From Eledone cirrhosa (lineage: Eukaryota): DNA of 64,000 nt. The notes beneath the pieces are model-generated. The model had not been told where the DNA came from. It saw nothing but the letters and a program-made list of their open reading frames with translations, and did no database searches. The stretch spans positions 20,584,001 to 20,648,000 of the forward strand of contig OZ024743.1 in the NCBI GenBank assembly GCA_964016885.1, written 5' to 3'. Shown here in pieces: positions 46,491 through 57,439 of this stretch. Within the stretch, counting starts at the first letter, position 1. Every line of letters begins with the position of its first letter. Made by a program: the position numbers and the translations under genes.

Positions 46491-46687
46491 ATATATAAGA
46501 TCAAAAGATGGTTAAAAGAGTTCCATGTATTTTATTGTGCGCATTTCAAAAACAAATATCATCATGCAATAATATTTGTGTTTTCATCAGATAAAATAGG
46601 AAGACATGATATGAAGGTTAAAAACACTTGTGAATAGTGCATTGTGAATCTGCATTTCTTTATTGTACTACAATAAAACTCACCTCC

Positions 46688-46690
<3 letters not shown>
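46491..46690. mobile_element. P1 terminal repeat: inverted body (HHR 46528-46598, cleavage-site U mutated to C) + short plus-strand tail
   Basis: Minus match to ~10025-10177, then plus atctgcatt...aataaaactcacctcctac. Confidence 0.8.
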
Positions 46691-46760
<70 letters not shown>

Positions 46761-46761
46761 G

Positions 46762-46792
<31 letters not shown>

Positions 46793-46892
46793 GTATTTAT
46801 TTATATATATATATATATATATGTATTTATATATATATATATGTATTTATATATATATATATATATATGTATTTATATATATATATATATAT

Positions 46893-47237
46893 GGAGGCAC
46901 ATGGCTTAGTGGTTAGAGCATTGGCCTTGCAGTCGAAAGGTTGTGAGTTCAATTCTCAGACTGGGTGATGTGTTGTTTCCTTGAGCAAGACACTTTATTT
47001 CACATTGCTCCAGTTTACTCAGCTGTAGAAATGAGATGATAGGGACTGAGGTCCATATCATTCCACTGCAAAGTGGTCGTGGAGGTGCTACGGCAAAAAA
47101 AGCACCCAGCACTCACTGTAAATGAGGTTGGTGTTAGGAAGGGCATCCAGCTGTAGAAATCAAGCCAGAATCAGTTCCCGTCCCACCCTTGCAAGCAGGG
47201 AAAAGTGGACGTAAAATGAAATGATGATGAATGATGA
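46893..47237 (+). mobile_element. SINE family 1 copy (one internal repeat unit fewer)
   Basis: Matches 709-1100. Confidence 0.85.
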
Positions 47238-47730
47238 TATATATGTATTTATATATATATATGTATTTATATATATATATATATATGTATTTATAAATAT
47301 ATATATATATGTATTTATATATATATATATATGTATTTATACATATATATATGTATTTATATATATATATATATGTATTTATATATATATATATATATGT
47401 ATTTATTTATATATATATATATATATGTATTTATATATATATATATATGTATTTATAAATATATATATATATGTATTTATATATATATATATGTATTTAT
47501 ATATATATATATATATGTATTTATATATATATATATATATATATGTATTTATATATATATATATATGTATTTATATATATATATATGTATTTATATATAT
47601 ATATGTATTTATATATATATATATGTATTTATATATATATATATATGTATTTATATATATATATATATGTATTTATATATATATATATATGTATTTATAA
47701 ATATATATATATGTATTTATAAATATATAT
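47238..47730. repeat. (TA)n array with ATGTATTTAT units
   Basis: Direct reading. Confidence 0.9.
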
Positions 47731-49334
47731 CATCATCATCATCACCGTTTTACGTCCGTTCTTCCACGCTAGCATGGTTTAGACGGGTTGTCCTGTTGTG
47801 GGTAGTGTCTGGTCGGCTGACCATGCTTTGCTCATACAGGAACTGATCTGGCTTGATTTCTACAGCTGGATGCCCTTCCTAACACCAACCTCATTTACAG
47901 TGAGTGCTGGGTGCTTTTTCGTGGCGCCTACACGTCCACTTTACAGTGTGGGCTGGGTGCTTGTTTGCCGTGGCACCTCCACGACCACCTTGCGGTGGGG
48001 GGAGTGGGGGCATATTGTTTATATGCTTCAGCATGTACCCATGTGAGGTCGGGTACCCTTTATTACTGCGTGACGCCAGAAGTCACGGTCGTGTGTCATT
48101 GACTTTGAGAGGTGTAGTTGGGTAAGGTCGGCTTTTATCACCTCATCCCAGGTCATCTTGGGTCTCCCCACTCCGCGGTTTCCATCAACTTCTAGTGCTC
48201 TGCACCTTTTTATGCAGCTGTCATCCTTCATACGCATCACATGTCCATACCAGCGTAACCGCCTCTCCTGCACGCAGCATTTGATTCCTTTTATGCTCAG
48301 TCTCTCTCTCAATTCCTTTATGCTTTGTCGTTCACGTATATTACTGTTACACATCCATCGGAGCATGCAGGCTTCGTTTCTCTCTAATCTACGTAAGTCT
48401 TCCACCTTCAGCGCCCAGGTCTCACTACCATGCAACATCGCTGTTCGGATACACGCATCATACAGTCTGCCTTTCATTCTGAGGGAGAAGCCTTTTGCAG
48501 CTAGCAGTGGTAGTAGTTCCCTAAACTTCTTCCATCCCGTTCTTACCCTAGTTATTGTACCTTCTGAGCACCCACCTCCGTTGCTAATTCGGTCACCTAG
48601 GTAGCAGAAGCTGTCTACTGTTTCTACAGGGCCCTCCCAGAGATTGGTGGTACTTGTTTCCTGTGGCTGTTTGCTTGCTGTTTCAGCACAGCTGCTGCAT
48701 GTGAATCCTACATTCTTAATTAAGCTTCCTGAGGTCCCGCTACATCTCTTGTGTACCCATTGTTTGCATACCTTTCCTACATACTGAGCAAGGCCATTTC
48801 CCTGAGGGGATCTGGGTTCTGTTTTCTCGTCTACTTACAAGGACCTTAGTCTTTGTCATGTTGACTTTGAGGCCCTTTCTCTCTAGTCCCTGCTTCCAGG
48901 TTTGGAATTTATTCTCTAGTTCTACTATAGATTCAGCTATGAGTGCGAGGTCATCAGCATACAGGAGTTCCCATGGGCATCCGGTCTTAAACTCCTCCGT
49001 TATTGCCTGCAGGACTATGATGAACAGGAGAGGGCTAAGAACAGAGCCCTGGTGGACCCCAACCTGTACGCTAAATTCCTCGCTATACTCATTGCTAATC
49101 CTAACTTTGCTGACTGCTCCCCTATACATGGCTTGTACCGCTTTCACAAGCCATTCATCTACTCCTAGTTTTCTAAGAGCCCACCAGATTACTGCACGTG
49201 GAACTCTGTCAAAGGCTTTCTCAAGGTCGACAAATGCCAAGTAGAGTGGCTTACTTTTAGCTAGGTACTTTTCCTGTAATTGCCTCACAAGGAAGAGGGC
49301 ATCAGTGGTGCCTTTCCCTGGTACAAACCCAAAT
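47731..49334 (-). mobile_element. 5'-truncated RTE-B with a small deletion in the finger region
   Basis: Reverse-complement match to ~43123-44761. Confidence 0.9.
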
Positions 49335-49610
49335 AGACTATGGTGGTGTGTGGGGGGGCGGGAGCGAACTTGTGAGGTAGGAAGTGAGTTGTCGCATGGT
49401 AAATAACTGAGAGAGATACAATAGAATTAGAATACCGCATGGTAAATATCCAAGTTAATACTACATCAGTAAAATTAACAATAATAACGTCATGAGAACT
49501 ACTAAGAAAAACCCTCGAGAATTTATCCCTAATACAGCAGGGAACATCATTAATCATTAATATTAACAACAATATGTAGGCTAAAATACCTTCGTAGATT
49601 AGTAAGGTTG

Positions 49611-49626
49611 GATATATATATGTATT

Positions 49627-49660
<34 letters not shown>

Positions 49661-49922
49661 TGTATTTATATATATATATATGTATTTATATATATATATA
49701 TGTATTTATATATATATATATGTATTTATATATATATATATATATGTATTTATATATATATATATATATATGTATTTATATATATATATATATGTATTTA
49801 TATATATATATATGTGTATTTATATATATATATATATATGTATTTATATATATATATATATATGTATTTATATATATATATATATATATATATGTATTTA
49901 TATATATATATATATATATATG

Positions 49923-49957
<35 letters not shown>

Positions 49958-50038
49958 TTATATATATATATATATATATATGTATTTATATATATATATA
50001 TATATATATATGTATTTATATATATATATATATATATG

Positions 50039-50111
<73 letters not shown>

Positions 50112-50146
50112 TTATATATATATATGTATTTATATATATATATATG

Positions 50147-50177
<31 letters not shown>
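49611..50177. repeat. (TA)n array with ATGTATTTAT units
   Basis: Direct reading. Confidence 0.9.
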
Positions 50178-50406
50178 GTAAGTATGTATGTATACGTACA
50201 TACATATATGTATACAGACGTACAGTAGCATGCATATAATATATATATATACATACATACAGGTACACATATATATGTACGTATCAGTTTAGCAGACGTT
50301 TCTTATAACGCCCGCTTTGTCTGTTTGTAAACAAACGGACAGCCTGATTTATGCCGTACAGTGTTAAGGCAACCACGTCACCTTTTTGTTCAACACTGAC
50401 ACAGGA

Positions 50407-50449
50407 ACGATGTACTAGTTTCAAGCTTCTTAGCTATCATCAGCACCGT
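50407..50449 (-). ncRNA. Minimal type-I hammerhead (R1)
   Basis: ACGGTG CTGATGA TAGCT-AAGA-AGCTT GAAA CTAG TA CATCGT on minus. Confidence 0.85.
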
Positions 50450-50684
50450 ATACCCTTTTGCCAGATGGTTGAACTTTCGAAAGTATATACTTTCCTTAGG
50501 AAAATTAACGGCTGAGCAGCCTAATTTGCATATCGCGTGAGTTCAGTCGGCCAGGCGTACCGAAAACGATAAGTTGTAATATAACGAAACAAAATTTCAT
50601 TTCTCACTCTTAGTACAGCACTTACTTAAATGTAAGTATGTATGTATACGTACATACATATATGTATACAGACGTACGGTAGCA

Positions 50685-50732
<48 letters not shown>

Positions 50733-50893
50733 CATACATACATACAGGTACACATATATATATGTACGTATCAGTTTAGCGGACGTTTATTATAACGCCC
50801 GCTTTGTCCGTTTGTAAACAAACGGACAGCCTGATTTATGCCGTACGGTGTTAAGGCAACCACGTCACCTTTTTGTTCAACACTGACACAGGA

Positions 50894-50936
50894 ACGATGT
50901 ACTAGTTTCAAGCTTCTTAGCTATCATCAGCAGCGT
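50894..50936 (-). ncRNA. Minimal type-I hammerhead (R1), one stem I change
   Basis: Same motif. Confidence 0.8.
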
Positions 50937-51039
50937 ATACCCTTCTGCCAGATGGTTGAACGTTCGAAAGTATATACTTTCCTTATGAAAATTAACGGCT
51001 GAGCAGCCTAATACGTTCAACCATCTGGCAGAAGGGTAT

Positions 51040-51082
51040 ACGGTGCTGATGATAGCTAAGAAGCTTGAAACTAGTACATCGT
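51040..51082 (+). ncRNA. Minimal type-I hammerhead (R1)
   Basis: acggtg ctgatga tagctaagaagctt gaaa ctag ta catcgt. Confidence 0.85.
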
Positions 51083-51264
51083 AACTGTGTCAGTGTTGAA
51101 CAAAAAGGTGACGTGGTTGCCTTAACACCGTACGGCATAAATCAGGCTGTCCGTTTGTTTACAAACGGACAAAGCGAGCGTTATAATAAACATCCGCTAA
51201 ACTGATACGTACATATATATATGTGTATATGTGTACCTGTATGTATAAATATATATATATATAT

Positions 51265-51544
51265 TTAAATTTATTTCATTCCTTGTATTTTGATCATGCT
51301 TTATTTTTATTTTTATTTTTATTTTTATTTTTATTTTTAATTTCATTCGCACCGTTTCCTTTCGCTATATGTCTCTCCACCACTCCCCTACACACCCTTT
51401 GAACTCTGTTCCCACACACTTCTCACCTGAGGAAGGGATTATACCCGAAACGTCGTTCCCCACCAACACCCCACTCTCCAGTGCGTGAAATTAATAAACA
51501 TTCGTTGTACTGCCTCTCTGTTTTGTTCCTGTTCAAATTTTTCC

Positions 51545-51549
<5 letters not shown>
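51265..51549 (+). mobile_element. Solo PLE-type terminal repeat with a decayed HHR (51425-51456), inserted in the TA tract of an R1 unit
   Basis: CTGAGGA AGGG-attata-CCC GAAA CGTC followed by AATAAA and a T-rich end; stem I is weak. Confidence 0.6.
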
Positions 51550-51580
<31 letters not shown>

Positions 51581-51750
51581 TGCTACTGTACGTCTGTATA
51601 CATATATGTATGTACGTATACATACATACTTACATTTCGGTACGCCTGGCCGACTGAACTCACTCGATATGCAAATTAGGCTGCTCAGCCGTTAATTTTC
51701 ATAAGGAAAGTATATACTTTCGAACGTTCAACCATCTGGCAGAAGGGTAT

Positions 51751-51793
51751 ACGGTGCTGATGATAGCTAAGAAGCTTGAAACTAGTACATCGT
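51751..51793 (+). ncRNA. Minimal type-I hammerhead (R1)
   Basis: Same motif. Confidence 0.85.
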
Positions 51794-52720
51794 TCCTGTG
51801 TCAGTGTTGAACAAAAAGGTGACGTGGTTGCCTTAACACCGTACGGCATAAATCAGGCTGTCCGTTTGTTTACAAACGGACAAAGCGGGCGTTATAATAA
51901 ACATCCGCTAAACTGATACGTACATATATATATGTGTACCTGTATGCATATATATATATATATATATGCATGCTACTGTACGTCTGTATACATATATGTA
52001 TGTACGTATACATACATACTTACATTTAAGTAAGTGCCGTACTAAGAGTGAGAAATTACATTTCGTTTCATTATATTACAACTTATATATATATGTATTT
52101 ATATATATATATATGTATTTATATATATATATATATGTATTTATATATATATATGTATTTATATTTCGTTTCTGAATTTGTTTAGCAAGATTCTTTATCT
52201 GAAATCGTGTGTTGAAACCGATATTGTTATACTTTGGGAGGGTCATGTTGCCAATAAGAAACACACGCACCAGTTGCTTTCACTTCAATTTAATTTAATA
52301 TATATTTATAAATTTACAAATTTATAAATTTCTGGTTGGTTGGTTGGTTCCACAACCAGATAGTTGTTTATATATATATAGTCATAGTTCTTTCGTCACA
52401 CACTCTGTGACCTCTTCAGTGACTGGGGATTTCTTTCTTCGTTTCTGTGCCTTTCCTTTCTTCTATCCTACGCCATTTTGTTTGTGTGTGGGTTGCGTGC
52501 TCAGTTTGCGCATGCGCCACATCCGGGTGTCTGTGTGTGTTTGTGTTCATTTTTCTATTTTTCTATTTATATTTGTTTGTTTATTTATTTATTTATTGTT
52601 GGTTGGTTGTTTGTTCTATGTGTGTGTGTGTTTTCATTTTGTCTTGTGTGTGTTTTCATTTTGTGTGTGTTTTCAATTGTAAGTTGTTTATATATGTGTG
52701 TGTGTGTTTTCATTTTGTCC

Positions 52721-53254
52721 TTAATTGTAAGTTGTGATGTTGCTGTTCCACTCATATTTTCTATTTAATTTTGGTTTTAATTCTTTTATGCTTACTGCCT
52801 CTGTAATTTGCCTAAACATTGCGTCTTTCTTGTGTGTGGATTCTATTTTTATTTCTATGCTCTCTAATTTACCCCTGTGTTCTATCTTAGCATGTTGGTA
52901 GAGCACAGATGATTCTTTACTATCTTGGAGGTCTCGCCAGTGTTCATTTATTCGTTCCCCTATACTACGAGCTGTCTCACCTATGTACACTATATTTTTG
53001 TTTCTACATTGTCCCTCAGTACATCTTATGCTATATACTACATTTCTAGTTTTACAGTTAATATGGGGGCTTATTTTACAGGTTATACATTTCTTATCTA
53101 TACATGAGGGTCTTTGGAACGGGTATGTCTTGCTAATAAGTGTTTTTACGGAGGTACCAGGTCTTTCTACTATCTTAATATTGAGATTATGTTTCTTTAG
53201 GGCCCTTCTAAATTTGTAGGCTAGTTCGCCTCTAGGGGTTGTATTGATGAACAT
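52721..53254 (-). CDS. PLE GIY-YIG endonuclease fragment (left arm)
   Basis: [49 protein letters not shown]. Confidence 0.85.
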   Translation of the reverse strand: MFINTTPRGELAYKFRRALKKHNLNIKIVERPGTSVKTLISKTYPFQRPSCIDKKCITCKISPHINCKTRNVVYSIRCTEGQCRNKNIVYIGETARSIGERINEHWRDLQDSKESSVLYQHAKIEHRGKLESIEIKIESTHKKDAMFRQITEAVSIKELKPKLNRKYEWNSNITTYN

Positions 53255-53406
53255 TACACTCTGGTATTTATTGCTATCATACCATGAGTTTATTCTATTG
53301 GCCTTGTTCTTAGTTCTTAGTTCTTTGTTCTTAGTTCTTAGTTCTTTCTAAGAACAAGGCCAATAGAATAAACTCATGGTATGATAGCAATAAATACCAG
53401 AGTGTA

Positions 53407-53940
53407 ATGTTCATCAATACAACCCCTAGAGGCGAACTAGCCTACAAATTTAGAAGGGCCCTAAAGAAACATAATCTCAATATTAAGATAGTAGAAAGAC
53501 CTGGTACCTCCGTAAAAACACTTATTAGCAAGACATACCCGTTCCAAAGACCCTCATGTATAGATAAGAAATGTATAACCTGTAAAATAAGCCCCCATAT
53601 TAACTGTAAAACTAGAAATGTAGTATATAGCATAAGATGTACTGAGGGACAATGTAGAAACAAAAATATAGTGTACATAGGTGAGACAGCTCGTAGTATA
53701 GGGGAACGAATAAATGAACACTGGCGAGACCTCCAAGATAGTAAAGAATCATCTGTGCTCTACCAACATGCTAAGATAGAACACAGGGGTAAATTAGAGA
53801 GCATAGAAATAAAAATAGAATCCACACACAAGAAAGACGCAATGTTTAGGCAAATTACAGAGGCAGTAAGCATAAAAGAATTAAAACCAAAATTAAATAG
53901 AAAATATGAGTGGAACAGCAACATCACAACTTACAATTAA
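53407..53940 (+). CDS. PLE GIY-YIG endonuclease fragment (right arm)
   Basis: Translation identical to the left arm. Confidence 0.85.
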   Translation: MFINTTPRGELAYKFRRALKKHNLNIKIVERPGTSVKTLISKTYPFQRPSCIDKKCITCKISPHINCKTRNVVYSIRCTEGQCRNKNIVYIGETARSIGERINEHWRDLQDSKESSVLYQHAKIEHRGKLESIEIKIESTHKKDAMFRQITEAVSIKELKPKLNRKYEWNSNITTYN

Positions 53941-54234
53941 GGACAAAATGAAAACACACACACACATATATAAACAACTTACAATTGAAAACACACACAA
54001 AATGAAAACACACACAAGACAAAATGAAAACACACACACATAGAACAAACAACCAACCAACAATAAATAAATAAATAAACAAACAAATATAAATAGAAAA
54101 ATAGAAAAATGAACACAAACACACACAGACACCCGGATGTGGCGCATGCGCAAACTGAGCACGCAACCCACACACAAACAAAATGGCGTAGGATAGAAGA
54201 AAGGAAAGGCACAGAAACGAAGAAAGAAATCCCC

Positions 54235-54279
54235 AGTCACTGAAGAGGTCACAGAGTGTGTGACGAAAGAACTATGACT
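54235..54279 (+). ncRNA. Minimal type-I hammerhead (P3); mirror copy at 52380-52424 on minus
   Basis: AGTCA CTGAAGA G GTCAC..GTGAC GAAA GAAC TA TGACT. Confidence 0.75.
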
Positions 54280-54679
54280 ATATATATATAAACAACTATC
54301 TGGTTGTGGAACCAACCAACCAACCAGAAATTTATAAATTTGTAAATTTATAAATATATATTAAATTAAATTGAAGTGAAAGCAACTGGTGCGTGTGTTT
54401 CTTATTGGCAACATGACCCTCCCAAAGTATAACAATATGTATTTATATATATATATATATGTATTTATATATATATATATGTATTTATATATATATATAT
54501 ATGTATTTATATATATATATATATGTATTTATATATATATATATATGTATTTATATATATATGTATTTATATATATATATATATATGTATTTATATATAT
54601 ATATATATATATAAATACATATATATATATATATAAATACATATATATATATATATAAATACATATATATATATATATG

Positions 54680-54985
54680 TAGAAAAAAAGATGAAATCGA
54701 AAATGCAACTGGAGTCTTATTTAAAAAAAAATATATATATTTATTTGGTTCCTTTACCGGTTTCGCAGTTTTCTGCTTTTCAAAAGTAGAGTTGAGATGG
54801 AGGGTCTCTGGTTTTTCCCACAGAAGAACTGCGAAACCGGTAAGGGAACCAAATAAATATATATATTTTTTTAAAAATAAGACTCCAGTTGCATTTTCGA
54901 TTTCCTCTTTTTTTCTTTATACTTTCACTCGTGTTAGGACACCTTGGCTACTTCTGATTTTGTAAAAAAAAACACACTTTCTAAT
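54680..54985. mobile_element. P4 terminal repeat, head-to-head palindrome; variant HHR 54751-54787 on minus
   Basis: Minus arm 54680-54822, plus arm from ~54821 with tail to 54985; homologous to 35841-36062. Confidence 0.75.
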
Positions 54986-55007
54986 ATATATATATATATA
55001 TATAATT

Positions 55008-55038
55008 AAGGCACATGGCTTAGTGGTTAGAGCGTTGG

Positions 55039-55041
<3 letters not shown>
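55008..55041 (+). mobile_element. Isolated SINE tRNA head (A box only)
   Basis: aggcacatggcttagtggttagagcgttggcct followed by (TA)n. Confidence 0.6.
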
Positions 55042-55093
<52 letters not shown>

Positions 55094-55429
55094 ACACCAT
55101 TTTACATTAACTGACACTATATGACAGGTTACAATGACGTTGTTAAGCACACATCTAAGCAACCTAGGCTTGCTTGTAAAAATTTATGGCAATTTATTTC
55201 AAATAATAGTGAAACACTATCAATTATCTACAATCATATGCATTGAATATGCCCAACTGGTGAGGCATAAACATTAGTCGCATCACTTAAGTGTCACTTA
55301 TTTTAGAGGAAATAACATGGTATGAAGGATAATTTTAACATTTACTTCAAATGGGTTTACTGATTTACTTACAGTATGTATCAAACTTTTCTGTAATGTA
55401 TTAGAAAGGATGATATACTGTAGATGTGA

Positions 55430-55750
55430 TGGTGCATGACTCTGTAGTTAATGCAGTGGGCTTACAATTGTGAGGTTGTGAGTTCGAGACTGGGTGATGT
55501 GTTGAGTCTGTGAGCAAGACACTTATTTCACACTGCTCCAATTGACGCAGCTGTAGAAATAAGTTGCGACATCACTGGTCTCAAATTGTCTCAGCCTTTG
55601 CTTTTCCATTGGACAACATTTGTAGCATGGAAAGGGGAGAGTGGTATGTATGGGTGACTGTTGGCTTTCCACAAACAAAACTTACCTAGATTTGTGTCTC
55701 AGAGGGGGAACTTTCTCGATGTAAATCCCATAGTCATTCATGACCACAGG
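55430..55750 (+). mobile_element. Older tRNA/CORE SINE family 2, interrupted near its 3' end by RTE-B
   Basis: Homologous to 62063-62353; terminal ggggtc..tttac resumes at ~57064. Confidence 0.7.
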
Positions 55751-57063
55751 GCAATAACGGAGGAGTTTAAGACCGGATGCCCATGGGAACTCCTGTATGC
55801 TGATGACCTCGCACTCATAGCTGAATCTATGGTAGAACTAGAGAATAAATTCCAAACCTGGAAGCAGGGACTAGAGAGAAAGGGCCTCAAAGTCAACATG
55901 ACAAAGACTAAGGTCCTTATAAGTAGACGAGAAAACAGAACCCAGATCCCCTCAGGGAAATGGCCTTGCTCAGTATGTAGGAAAGGTGTAGGTAGGAACT
56001 CCATTCTTTGCCCCAAATGCAAACAATGGGTACACAAGAGATGTAGCGGGATCTCAGGAAGCTTAATTAAGAATGTAGGATTCACATGCAGCAGCTGTGC
56101 TGAAACAGCAAGCAAACAGCCACAGGAAACAAGTACCACCAATCTCTGGGAGGGCCCTGTAGAAACAGTAGACAGCTTCTGCTACCTAGGTGACCGAATT
56201 AGCAGCGGAGGTGGGTGCTAAGAAAGTACAATAACTAGGGTAAGAACGGGATGGAAGAAGTTTAGGGAACTACTACCACTGCTAGCTGCAAAAGGCTTCT
56301 CCCTCAGAATGAAAGGCAGACTGTATGATGCGTGTATCCGAACAGCGATGTTGCATGGTAGTGAGACCTGGGCGCTGAAGGTGGAAGACTTACGTAGATT
56401 AGAGAGAAACGAAGCCTGCATGCTCCGATGGATGTGTAACAGTAATATACGTGAACGACAAAGCATAAATGAATTGAGAGAGAGACTGAGCATAAGAGGA
56501 ATCAAATGCTGCGTGCAGGAGAGGCGGTTACGCTGGTATGGACATGTGATGCGTATGAAGGATGACAGCTGCATAAAAAGGTGCAGAGCACTAGAAGTTG
56601 ATGGAAACCGCGGAGTGGGGAGACCCAAGATGACTTGGGATGAGGTGATAAAAGCCGACCTTACCCAACTACACCTCTCAAAGTCAATGACACACGACCG
56701 TGACTTCTGGCGTCACGCAGTAATACAGGGTACCCGACCTCCCATGGGTACATGCTGAAGCATATAAACAATATGCCCCCCCCCCCCCCCACCGCAAGGT
56801 GGTCGTGGAGGTGCCACGGCAAAAAAGCACCCAGCCCACACTGTAAAGTGGACGTGTAGGCGCCACGAAAAAGCACCCAGCACTCACTGTAAATGAGGTT
56901 GGTGTTAGGAAGGGCATCCAGCTGTAGAAATCAAGCCAGATCAGTTCCTGTATGAGCAAGGCATGGTCAGCCGACCAGACACTGCCCACAACAGGACAAC
57001 CCGTCTAACCCATGCTAGCGTGGAAGAACGGACGTAAAACGGTGATGATGATGATGATGATGA
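55750..57063 (+). mobile_element. 5'-truncated RTE-B, nearly identical to the 42233 copy
   Basis: [13 protein letters not shown]; stop at 56219; (TGA)n. Confidence 0.92.
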
Positions 57064-57439
57064 GGGGTCATTTTACTGTTGTCTCAGGTATTTTCTTGTG
57101 TTTGTAAACTATACCTTGCTCTATTTTACCAGAGAATGCTAAAATACAGATTTGTACATAGATATGGTATAGCCGTATAGTTACAAATATCCTTTCAGAA
57201 GCACATAGTTTCTGGTTCAGTTTCCATCTGTCTTGTATAACTCTGGGTCAACTAATACCTTGTGTGTAAATTTAGTAATTCTGAAATTGTAAGATATTCT
57301 GTTGTGTTTCTATATATATATATGCTTGTATTTGTGTGTGTGTGTGTGTGTGTGTAATTATATATATATAATTAAGTTATATCTCTATAAATACAGTGTG
57401 TGTAACAGAGTGCTCTAACGTGTATAAATATATACACAT

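Larger units (their letters stand above)
50178..52087. mobile_element. Tandem + inverted array of a ~454-bp ORF-less HHR unit (retrozyme-like, family R1)
   Basis: Units start at 50178 and 50632; orientation flips at ~51012; four HHRs. Confidence 0.75.
52161..54438. mobile_element. Penelope-like element P3 as a ~1.1-kb-arm palindrome (52221-53313 / 53348-54438) with an extra tail on the left arm
   Basis: Identical 177-aa GIY-YIG ORFs on opposite strands; homologous to the P2 C-terminus. Confidence 0.92.
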
